Shown here: positions 15,706 to 25,203 of the stretch, one piece after another | Layout: each line of letters begins with the position of its first letter | Position numbering within the stretch: the first letter of the stretch is position 1 | Notes under the pieces: generated by a model | What the model was told of the DNA's origin: nothing | The model's database searches: none | The model's input: the letters and a program-made list of their open reading frames with translations, nothing else | Assembly (NCBI RefSeq): GCF_000007185.1 | Contig: NC_003551.1 | Coordinates: 870,001-902,000 of the forward strand | Direction of reading: 5' to 3' | Source: Methanopyrus kandleri AV19 | GTDB taxonomy: Archaea > JAADCQ01 > Methanopyri > Methanopyrales > Methanopyraceae | DNA length: 32,000 nt | Program-made: the position numbers and the translations under genes

Positions 15706-16470
15706 ATGGGGCTGAGGCGCCTCCTGGGGCTAGTCGGGGTCGGGTTGATCGTTCTGTACTTCACTCTACTTTCCGCAGAGTATTCGGAGTTTCAACGCTT
15801 CCTCGGTGATCCGTGGGGAAGAGCCGTTTACGTCAAGTTACACAACCCGGACATCGCTCCGGGTACCCCGCACATCCGAACCCTGGTCGACTTCGCCAAA
15901 CAGCACGGGTACTCCAAGATCCTCGTGATCCACAACGCCGGGAAGATCGGATACAGTCACTTCTGGTATCACGGGATACTCATCATCCAGCTGGGGTGGT
16001 ACGACTACCGCACGGTCTTCGCACAACCCGAGTTGGGGTTGGTGATGGAGGACATCCTCTACGGTCAACGCCCTATGTTGGGTATCTGGATCGCGGATCG
16101 GCGTGAATACCGTAGTATGAGTGAAGCTGTAAACCACGTGCGCGACCTGGAGTCGGCCGTTCCCGGACGTACGATGGTGGTATGGCACGGATCGTGTCGT
16201 AACGGTAACCCACTTTGGAACCTCGGATGTGGTGCGGAACCGTACTTCTGGATCCTCTCGGCGTACGGTGGGCGTGTCCTCGCACTTACCTTCGCCGTTT
16301 TAGGTAACTTCGCCCCTATCGTCTTCTACGGGGATGCGGCGCTGGCGGAGCTCAGGAACTACGACAAGCTCCAGGCGCTGTACAACAGCGGGACCTTGAA
16401 CCGCTACGCCGTAGATCCTTACCTCCGCAAGAAGCCGATGCCGATGGGACCGCGGGGCGTGTACGACTGA
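15706..16470 (+). CDS. N-terminally membrane-anchored protein with Cys/His-containing extracytoplasmic domain
   Basis: The ATG directly abuts the Mur-ligase TGA (TGAATG). One N-terminal TM helix (LLGLVGVGLIVLYFTLL) and aromatic-rich domain containing VVWHGSCRNGNP. Confidence 0.65.
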   Translation: MGLRRLLGLVGVGLIVLYFTLLSAEYSEFQRFLGDPWGRAVYVKLHNPDIAPGTPHIRTLVDFAKQHGYSKILVIHNAGKIGYSHFWYHGILIIQLGWYDYRTVFAQPELGLVMEDILYGQRPMLGIWIADRREYRSMSEAVNHVRDLESAVPGRTMVVWHGSCRNGNPLWNLGCGAEPYFWILSAYGGRVLALTFAVLGNFAPIVFYGDAALAELRNYDKLQALYNSGTLNRYAVDPYLRKKPMPMGPRGVYD

Positions 16471-16476
16471 GAGGGG

Positions 16477-17508
16477 GTGAGGCCGGTGCTGGAGCCGCTC
16501 GCGGAATATCACTCGATCGATGACGATGAACTCGCGGCCCGGTTCATGGTAGCACGGACCCTCCCGGTCGAAACCACGGAGGGGGAGTTAGAGGACCTGT
16601 GGAAGGAGCACGAGGAAGCTATGGAGGAATTTCGCGCGAGGTGGGAGGAGCGTCCCGCACCCGGAGATATCGAGGAGACCTCGCCGAACCTCCTAGACTT
16701 GAAGCTGGAGATCGCTCGGAAGATCCTCCGTGAATGCACGTTCTGCGAGCGGAGGTGTCGGGTCGATCGAACCCGTGAGGACGGGTTCTGTCGGGTTCCG
16801 ATCAAACCCAGGATTTCCTCGGAGTTCCTGCATATGGGCGAAGAACGCGTGCTCGTGCCTTCTCACACAGTGTTCTTCTGCGGGTGTACGTTCCGATGTG
16901 TCTATTGTCAGAACTGGGACATAGCCTTCCGACCGACCAACGGGGTATACGTTAAACCGGAGTCACTCGCCCGGGTGATCCGGCATCGACGATCTCAAGG
17001 TGCCAAGAACGTGAACTGGGTCGGAGGAGACCCCACACCGAACATTCACTACATCCTGGAGGTGCTCAGGCGGCTCGACGTGAACGTCCCGCAGGTTTGG
17101 AACTCCAACATGTACTTGACCGAGGAGGCCATGAGGCTGTTAGACGGCGTTATCGACCTGTACCTGACGGATTTCAAGTACGGCAACGACGAGTGCGCGG
17201 AGAGGTACTCGAACGCCCCGAATTACTGGGAGATAGTGACCCGGAACCACCGTGAAGCGGATCGGCAGTGTGGCCTGATCGTGCGTCACCTCGTTTTACC
17301 CGGTAACGTGGAGTGCTGTACGTTTCCGATCCTGGAGTGGATCGCCGAAGAGCTGGGTACGGACACGCCGTTGAACGTGATGCCCCAGTATCGCCCGGAG
17401 CACCGCGCGTACGAGTACCCGGAGATAAACAGGCGACCGTCCGCGGACGAACTGGAAGAGGCGTGGGAGAAGGCGAGGGAGCTGGGGTTCCGATACTACC
17501 GGCTTTAG
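16477..17508 (+). CDS. radical SAM enzyme, PflX-like (pyruvate formate-lyase activase homologue family)
   Basis: [14 protein letters not shown] (CxxxCxxC), preceded by the Cys-rich [21 protein letters not shown] segment typical of COG1313/PflX. The start may be the second GTG (16486), which has better spacing to GGGGGTGAGG. Confidence 0.8.
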   Translation: MRPVLEPLAEYHSIDDDELAARFMVARTLPVETTEGELEDLWKEHEEAMEEFRARWEERPAPGDIEETSPNLLDLKLEIARKILRECTFCERRCRVDRTREDGFCRVPIKPRISSEFLHMGEERVLVPSHTVFFCGCTFRCVYCQNWDIAFRPTNGVYVKPESLARVIRHRRSQGAKNVNWVGGDPTPNIHYILEVLRRLDVNVPQVWNSNMYLTEEAMRLLDGVIDLYLTDFKYGNDECAERYSNAPNYWEIVTRNHREADRQCGLIVRHLVLPGNVECCTFPILEWIAEELGTDTPLNVMPQYRPEHRAYEYPEINRRPSADELEEAWEKARELGFRYYRL

Positions 17509-18422
17509 AGGGATTCGTGAACTTTACCCGGTTCCGGTAGGCCGAGCTCCTTCCGCTCCTCGATCTCCTTCTGGTTCTTGTTCTTCTTCACCTGGGCGAG
17601 CTTTTGAATGAGACCGAGACCTGGCTTGACCTCCTCGATGCTCTTAACCTCCAGCAGACCCTGCTCCACCATGTCGTCGAGGATCTCCTTGGCCTTCTCC
17701 GTCCGCACGATCACGGTGCTCCAGCCGTCCGGTGAACCCACCGAGCCGGCGGTTAGATCGGAGAGCTCGGCGCAGTAATCCGTGCACACGTGGCACGGTT
17801 CACCCTCGAAGGGGTGCGTTTCGTCGATCGGGATCGACTTCACCTCGCCGTCCTTCGTGTACACCCAGAACTTACCGTTACCGATGTCCATCTTGGTGAC
17901 CTCACGTATCCACACGCCGCAGAGCTGCTCGATGATGGTCTTCATACCCTCGTACGGGAAGTTCTCCATGCAGATGATCCCTATCAGTAGCTCGATCTTG
18001 TCCGGAACGTGCCTCATCCCGATCGGGCAGAGCTGTGCCTTACGGACGGCCCGGATCTGACACGGAGTCCCGACCATCGCTACTTTCTCGCAACCGTAGC
18101 TCCTCACGGCCTCCTTGAGGACGCTCACGTTGGGACAGTACGTGTACTTGGTTCCGGCTGCCTCCAGGACCTCGTCCGGGTCGGTGATGACCACTGGGCG
18201 TGGCTTCCAAGGCTCCTCGGGGTCGTCCGGGTCCGCGACGGCGGCGATCACGCCGTCGAACAGTCCCTCTTCAAGGCCGTAGATCATGACGGCGGAGGCG
18301 ATACCTCCGTCCTGGGTGACCTTCGTGACCTTGCGCTCGGTCGAGCGGGCCGTGAACACGCCGAGGTGGTCTCCCAGCAGCTCTGGATCGCCCTTAACCA
18401 TGATCTCATCCAACTTGCTCAT
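17505..18422 (-). CDS. fruB: F420-reducing hydrogenase beta subunit
   Basis: FrhB-type sequence (GVFTARS..., [31 protein letters not shown]..., [16 protein letters not shown]). Starts 2 nt after the gamma-subunit stop. Confidence 0.9.
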   Translation of the reverse strand: MSKLDEIMVKGDPELLGDHLGVFTARSTERKVTKVTQDGGIASAVMIYGLEEGLFDGVIAAVADPDDPEEPWKPRPVVITDPDEVLEAAGTKYTYCPNVSVLKEAVRSYGCEKVAMVGTPCQIRAVRKAQLCPIGMRHVPDKIELLIGIICMENFPYEGMKTIIEQLCGVWIREVTKMDIGNGKFWVYTKDGEVKSIPIDETHPFEGEPCHVCTDYCAELSDLTAGSVGSPDGWSTVIVRTEKAKEILDDMVEQGLLEVKSIEEVKPGLGLIQKLAQVKKNKNQKEIEERKELGLPEPGKVHESL

Positions 18423-18424
18423 GG

Positions 18425-19117
18425 TTACTCACCCCCCATGATTAGCTCCTTGATGGCCTCGTCACCCGGCCAGATCGTCCTCGGGCACTGCGTGAAGCAC
18501 GCACCACACTTGATGCACCGGTTCTCGTTCACCACCGGTCTGCCGTCCACGATCTCGATCGCCCGCGTGGGGCAGGCCGCCGCGCAGGTGCCGCATCCCA
18601 TGCACATGCTCTTGTTCACCACGTGGTACATCAGGTCGCAGCCGCAGTACTCCGTCTTACCTTCCGCCAGCTTCGCGAACGGCTCGAGCAGCTCCTCTTT
18701 ACCCTCCAGAAGGAGCGTCAGGAACCGCTTGATAGCCTCGGGGGCTGGTGGACATCCCGGGACGGCGTAGTCGACGTCCGCCACCTCCGTGAGTGGCACG
18801 AACGCCTCGTGCGTGGGAGCCGCCTGCTGGTTCCCCCGCGAGAGTCGCATGAAGTTCCCCGTACTCGCGCACGCACCTAGTGCCACGATCGTGTCGGCGT
18901 GCTCCTCCAGCTCCTCCACTTCCTCCAGCATGTGCTCGTCGTTAAGGCACACCGCACCTTCTACTACGGCCACGTCGCACTCGGGGATCTCGCGCTCGTC
19001 CATGAGGGTCTGACAGTAGACCAGCTCGATGGAGTCCAGTATATCCAAAAGCCGCTCGTACGTGTCGGTTAACGACACCAGACACCCGCAGCATCCGGCC
19101 AGCTGCACGTAGGCCAC
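18425..19117 (-). CDS. fruG: F420-reducing hydrogenase gamma (small) subunit; start revised to GTG 19117
   Basis: The conserved small-subunit core starts at [17 protein letters not shown]-terminal 2x[4Fe-4S] motifs [12 protein letters not shown] and [12 protein letters not shown]. The 73 upstream codons of the track ORF (18425..19336) run through the fruA 3' UTR/SECIS and are P/F/G/R-rich low-complexity sequence. Confidence 0.8.
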   Translation of the reverse strand: MAYVQLAGCCGCLVSLTDTYERLLDILDSIELVYCQTLMDEREIPECDVAVVEGAVCLNDEHMLEEVEELEEHADTIVALGACASTGNFMRLSRGNQQAAPTHEAFVPLTEVADVDYAVPGCPPAPEAIKRFLTLLLEGKEELLEPFAKLAEGKTEYCGCDLMYHVVNKSMCMGCGTCAAACPTRAIEIVDGRPVVNENRCIKCGACFTQCPRTIWPGDEAIKELIMGGE

Positions 19118-19174
19118 ATCGCATGATGACCTCGGCGTACTCTTCGTTTTCGCCCTCGATAGCCTTCTCCACCA
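19116..19174. repeat. 59-bp perfect direct repeat, copy 1 (immediately upstream of fruG start)
   Basis: acatcgcatgatgacctcggcgtactcttcgttttcgccctcgatagccttctccacca is identical to 19450-19508. It extends to 63 bp with one mismatch (T19175 vs C19509). Confidence 0.9.
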
Positions 19175-19296
19175 TCGGACCAACCCAACACCCCCGAAGG
19201 GGAAGAAAGGTGGGAAGAACGGGAACGTCGGGAACGTAGGGTCAAGGGTGCCAAGGGTGAGGTGAGGAAACCGGCCCCCCACGTGGGGGGCGGTCG

Positions 19297-19331
19297 CGCC
19301 GCGGGTCCCCGTTTCGGGGTTCCCCGCGGCG
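19297..19331 (-). promoter_or_regulatory. archaeal-type SECIS element in fruA 3' UTR
   Basis: Minus-strand RNA 5'-CGCCGCGGG-GAA-CCCCG-AAA-CGGGG-A-CCCGCGGCG-3'. This gives a 9-bp GC helix, an asymmetric internal loop (GAA on the 5' side, A on the 3' side), a 5-bp helix and a 3-nt apical loop. It starts 19 nt after the TAA. Confidence 0.75.
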
Positions 19332-19350
19332 GTCATCCCGATAGTCGGTT

Positions 19351-20601
19351 TTAGGCGAGCTTAACTACCGACTCCCGGATCTTCTCCCGGGAGTCGGCGT
19401 CGCGGACTTCCTTCACCACGTGAGCGGCACACGATGCTCATATGTCGTAACATCGCATGATGACCTCGGCGTACTCTTCGTTTTCGCCCTCGATAGCCTT
19501 CTCCACCACCGGGAAGTTCCACGTGGAAGCCGCGATGATGCGATAGTCCTCGACGATACCCTTCTCGTTCACCTTAGCGATGTGCACGTTGGTGCCCCGT
19601 GGGGCCTCGTGAACTCCGATTCCGACTCCTGCCTTCGGCTCCCACTCGGCCAGGGTCTTGCCGCTGGTGTTGAGTTCATCCAGGATCGTCATCGCCCGGT
19701 CGATGGCCGCGAGTGTTTCCTGTGACCTTAACACGTGGATGTACAGGACTCCGCGTGGGTCCACCCCGTCGAAGAGTATGTACCTGGCTCTGGGTCCGAC
19801 TTCCACCGGAACACCGTCGTAAAGCGGGATCTGGCCCCGGTGCTGGTACGCGACTTCCTTGTGCTCCTCTCCGTAGTACTCGATCGGAAGCAGCTCCACC
19901 ACGCGGTCCATGTCCAGCCGGTCGGGATCCCCATAGGTGGGATGCGTCGCCAGGAACGGCTGGTCGTGTCTGCCGAACTCGTCGATGTCGAGGTCGTTCT
20001 CGTCGCCGAACCTCTCGACGATGTTCACCATGAACTCGTGCTGCTCCATCATCAGCTCGCGCGCCTCACGTAGCCTGCGGTAAAGCTTCCTACGCGCGGC
20101 TTCCGAGATGTTCTCGGCCATCCCTCCGATCCTGATGTTGGGTGGATGGATTCCCTCACCTCCGACCACGTCCACCACGTACTGTCCGATCCGCCTGATC
20201 TGCTGGATCCTCTTGACCGCCTCGACCTTCTCGCTCTCATCCTCAACGAAATCGTCCAGTACTAGCAACTGATGGAGCACGTGAGACTGAATCCTGTTAC
20301 CCAGGGCGCAGAGTTCCCGCAGGAGTTTCCCGTCCTTGGGAGGTTCGATGCCCATGGCCCGCTCGAAGGCCTCGGCGGATGCGGTTCCGTGCGTCGCCTG
20401 GCAGATTCCGCAGATCCTCATAACGGCCACCTGAACGAACTCCGCGGGCCTTCCCTTCGCCAGCGCTTCGAAGCCTCGGACCGCCGAAGTGTTCAGGTAA
20501 AACGCACGCTCCACGTAACCCTCGTCGTCGACATATAATACTAGCTTAGCGTGACCTTCATGTCTCGTGGTCGGTTGAATCTCCACGGCACCTTCCGCCA
20601 A
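19351..20601 (-). CDS. fruA: F420-reducing [NiFeSe] hydrogenase alpha subunit, selenocysteine at UGA 19438-19440
   Basis: TTG start with GGGGGTGAGG upstream. N-terminal Ni-site motif [10 protein letters not shown]. The track ORF ends ...[11 protein letters not shown]. Read-through gives U-ASC-AAH (DxUxxCxxH) plus a 22-aa tail and TAA at 19351-19353. SECIS lies just downstream. Confidence 0.85.
19450..19508. repeat. 59-bp perfect direct repeat, copy 2 (inside fruA, codons [19 protein letters not shown])
   Basis: Identical to 19116-19174, offset 334 bp. It ends 10 nt before the Sec codon. Confidence 0.9.
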
Positions 20602-20644
20602 CGCCTCACCCCCATCGGCCCGTCCCGACGGCCACGGAAGAAGA

Positions 20645-20653
20645 ACATAAAAC
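20645..20653. promoter_or_regulatory. TATA-like element in fruA / radical-SAM divergent spacer
   Basis: ACATAAAAC (minus strand GTTTTATGT) is the only AT-rich block in the 58-bp spacer. It lies ~45-50 nt upstream of the fruA TTG. It is too close to GTG 20660, which suggests the plus-strand gene starts further downstream. Confidence 0.35.
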
Positions 20654-20659
20654 TCGGGT

Positions 20660-22306
20660 GTGTTCAGTGATCGAGTAGAGGCACATTTAACGGTTGAATA
20701 CCCTGTCCGTCCGACGACGAGAGGGTTACGCGGATTGAGTCAAAGTGTCTTGATAGTAGACGCGCTGGGCGCAGGGAAGGGGTGGAGGACTAGATCCAGA
20801 GACGTTATCGGGGCGGGTCCTAGGACCGTCGCATCGCTACTGGAAAGTGATTATGAAGTATCGTTGATTACTTATGAAGATCTGCAGAAATTAGGACTAG
20901 ATAGTGTTATGGATTACGATACCGTAGGTGTCAGTATAATGACCGGCGACGAGCGGGCCGCCCGGAGGATGTTCGACCACACACGTTCTCGGACGTTTCG
21001 GTTCATCGGTGGTCCCGGAGCCGCCGATCCGAACGCACTCCTCAAGACTGGAGCCGACGCGGCCGTGATCGGTGAAGCCGAGGAGACCCTACCTGAACTC
21101 TTGGAGGAGCGTGGACCCGTCCGCGGCGTGTACTTCCGGAGGGGAACCGAGGTGGACTTTCCGGGTCCTAGGCCCATTTCCAGGCGATTCACCCGGGTCA
21201 ATCCGGAGTACATCCGTGCCTACGCACACCGATGGGCCGCACGCGTTTACGTCGAGATCGTCCGCGGGTGCAGCAACTCCTGCAGGACGACCTTCGAACT
21301 GCCCGACGGCCGCAAATGTTCGGGATGTGGGAACTGTCGGGAGGGTGAAGGTGGGGAGCGATGGGAATGTCCCGAAGGTATTCCACCGGGTTGCGGGTTC
21401 TGTTCGGTACCCTCGATCTTCGGGCCGACCAGGTCGAGACCGTTGAACGAAGTGGTGCGGGAAGTACGGGGGCTCGTCCGGGAGGGGATCCGTCGGGTAG
21501 TTCTCAGCGCCTCCGACGTACTGGATTACGGTCGGGGCGACTTACTGACTGATCCTCGGACTCCGCCCCCGAACGTCGAGGCCTTAAGGCGCCTCCTGCG
21601 ACGAACATCGAAGCATGTGGACGTGCTCTTCGTCGAGAACGTGAAAGCGTGCTTATTGAACCGTGAGATCGCGGAGCTCCTCGGTGAGTACTGCCGCGGT
21701 ACCTCGGTGAGCGTAGGTGTGGAGACGGGAGACCCGAGGCTGCTCCGCGCGATCGGGAAACCCTCCACGTTGAAGGAGGCGTTGCGTGCGATCCGTCTCC
21801 TGCGGAGGGCCGGTTTACGGCCTCATGCCTACTTCGTGTACGGACTACCCGGGCAGACGATGAAGTCCGCGAAACTCACGGCTAAAGCCATGAAACGAGC
21901 CGTCGAGATGGGAGCCGAGAAGATCACCGTGTACAGGTTCCGACCGATTCCCGCCTCGGCCTTCGGAGATTTCCCTCCGGGTCCCAGTCCACGTAACGAC
22001 GAGGCGAGCCGGCTCATTGCGGACACGGCGCGTCGTTTGAACGAGGCGCTGAAACGTAGGATGATCGGCAAGAGAATCCGCGTATACGTCGCCGAGCCCG
22101 ACCTACGCCGGCCTCGGGACGCGATAGGTTGGCCGGTGAAAGGTGGTCCGAAGGTTCGGCTTAAGGGAGCTCGGGAGTTAGTCGGCACGGAATGTGAGGT
22201 AGAAATCACGGGAGTAGTGTCGGACAAGGTGGTCTCGGGTAAAGTAGTGAGGATACTGGAAGAGATCGACGTGGAGGCGTTAGAGGGACGAGGGGTTCCT
22301 GGCTGA
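20660..22306 (+). CDS. radical SAM protein with N-terminal B12-binding-like domain and C-terminal TRAM-like domain; Cys-rich insertion inside the CxxxCxxC motif
   Basis: Rossmann-like N-terminus (VLIVDALGAG..., VGVSIMTG). VEIVRGCSNSC[37-aa insert]GFCSVPS. TIM-barrel-like middle region (VVLSASDV..., VSVGVETG). C-terminal IGKRIRVYVAE...GTECEVEITGV resembles TRAM. The true start is uncertain (possibly TTG 20750). Confidence 0.8.
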   Translation: MFSDRVEAHLTVEYPVRPTTRGLRGLSQSVLIVDALGAGKGWRTRSRDVIGAGPRTVASLLESDYEVSLITYEDLQKLGLDSVMDYDTVGVSIMTGDERAARRMFDHTRSRTFRFIGGPGAADPNALLKTGADAAVIGEAEETLPELLEERGPVRGVYFRRGTEVDFPGPRPISRRFTRVNPEYIRAYAHRWAARVYVEIVRGCSNSCRTTFELPDGRKCSGCGNCREGEGGERWECPEGIPPGCGFCSVPSIFGPTRSRPLNEVVREVRGLVREGIRRVVLSASDVLDYGRGDLLTDPRTPPPNVEALRRLLRRTSKHVDVLFVENVKACLLNREIAELLGEYCRGTSVSVGVETGDPRLLRAIGKPSTLKEALRAIRLLRRAGLRPHAYFVYGLPGQTMKSAKLTAKAMKRAVEMGAEKITVYRFRPIPASAFGDFPPGPSPRNDEASRLIADTARRLNEALKRRMIGKRIRVYVAEPDLRRPRDAIGWPVKGGPKVRLKGARELVGTECEVEITGVVSDKVVSGKVVRILEEIDVEALEGRGVPG

Positions 22307-22457
22307 AGTCGGGTAGTACGGGACGTAGGTGTACCACCGCGCGAGCCACCACAGATGGCAAGGTCCGCGTCCGGGTCTGCCCGGGCCACCGCGCCATCTG
22401 CCCCGTCCTCTCCACCTCATCGTTAGGTGCCCCTAATGGACGGGTTTCGGGAAAACG

Positions 22458-23501
22458 TTAAACGTTTCGGTCCTCGCCGCCCCCGGGCCGTGGTGAGAAT
22501 TCCTTTAGCCGACGCTCGGATGACGAGTACTCCCCAGGCCGAGCCTCCGTCGGACTCCAATCCCCCACGTCCGAACGCTCCATAGCGTACTCCGCTACCG
22601 CCTTGATGATCTCAGCGTAATCCACGGTATTCGAGCGTGTACCACACCGGGGACACACGAGCCTGACGGACTCGGGATCCTCTCCGTCGAGAGTGGGTGG
22701 ATTCCCGCACTCGGGACATCTCAGGTGTCGGACGAACCGGAACACCGGGCATCCCCGACCGCGCTCGCACCTCGTGCACAGGTGGTACTCCCGGGCGCAG
22801 GGTACCTCCGCGTTGAGAGCGGGCTCAAGGTCGACGGAGAGCCCCAGGTGGGGCTCGATCACCGCCGCGTCGACGTCCAACTCCCGGACGAACCACGGGT
22901 CGTAGGCGATCAAGTGCACGGGTACCACGATCCGAGGCTTCGCCTTCCGGCACAGCAGTTCCAAACCCACTCGGTCCAGGTGCCCGGGCACGCCGGAACA
23001 CTCCGAGATCAGAACGTCCGCCCGCGGTAGACGGGCGTCTAAGAACGTCTCGGGGCTCACATCACCCGTGAAGAGCACCCGGATACCGTCCAGTTCCACC
23101 AGGTACGCCACGGCGCCCGGACAGTGGCCGGTTTCCACGGTTTCCACCACGATCTCACACCGGTTCGGATCCTCGGGTCTGTAGTCAAACCTCCGCTCGA
23201 TTCTCTCGGCCGCACCGGGGTGCGCGAAGGGTTCCCCGTACTCGCCCCCGTGTTTGGCGTGATCCGTATGATGATGTGTGACCAGGGTGTAATCGGGATA
23301 GGGCTCCCCGAACCGTGAGAACAGGCCCGGTGCCGACTTCAGGTCCTCGGGTAGTTCGGCCCACGGAGGCACCCTTCTGTTGTACCCGGGACGCCAACCA
23401 CCCGGATCGAACAGGACCTCGATGTCCGTCAGAGAGATACCCACGACCGCACCCGGAGTAGCCCCGAACAACCGGACCGGTGACCAGATCTTGAGCTTCA
23501 T
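22458..23501 (-). CDS. metallo-beta-lactamase-fold protein with C-terminal zinc-ribbon region (start revised to ATG 23501)
   Basis: VTHHHTDH (HxHxDH) motif. C-terminal CTRC...C, CPEC and CPRC pairs. ATG 23501 (MKLKIWSPV) lies just after the ksgA stop (23506-23508), with GGTAGGTGG upstream. Confidence 0.75.
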   Translation of the reverse strand: MKLKIWSPVRLFGATPGAVVGISLTDIEVLFDPGGWRPGYNRRVPPWAELPEDLKSAPGLFSRFGEPYPDYTLVTHHHTDHAKHGGEYGEPFAHPGAAERIERRFDYRPEDPNRCEIVVETVETGHCPGAVAYLVELDGIRVLFTGDVSPETFLDARLPRADVLISECSGVPGHLDRVGLELLCRKAKPRIVVPVHLIAYDPWFVRELDVDAAVIEPHLGLSVDLEPALNAEVPCAREYHLCTRCERGRGCPVFRFVRHLRCPECGNPPTLDGEDPESVRLVCPRCGTRSNTVDYAEIIKAVAEYAMERSDVGDWSPTEARPGEYSSSERRLKEFSPRPGGGEDRNV

Positions 23502-23505
23502 CCAC

Positions 23506-25183
<1,678 letters not shown>

Positions 25184-25203
25184 CTACCACAGGGAGATTC
25201 GAG

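Noticed and set aside
19118-19336. 73-codon N-terminal extension of the fruG ORF given by the track (start 19336)
   Set aside because: It reads through the fruA 3' UTR, SECIS hairpin and 9-mer repeats and gives low-complexity P/F/G/R sequence. The conserved small-subunit core begins at [12 protein letters not shown], so the start was moved to GTG 19117.
19438-19440. fruA as a truncated gene or pseudogene ending at TGA
   Set aside because: The downstream frame restores the obligatory CxxCxxH-type Ni site with Sec at the expected position, and a GAA_A SECIS follows. Recoding is far more parsimonious.
19116-19508. The 59-bp repeats as ends of a mobile element
   Set aside because: The repeats are direct, not inverted. 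The 275 bp between them encodes only the fruA tail and SECIS. There is no transposase, integrase or target-site duplication pattern.
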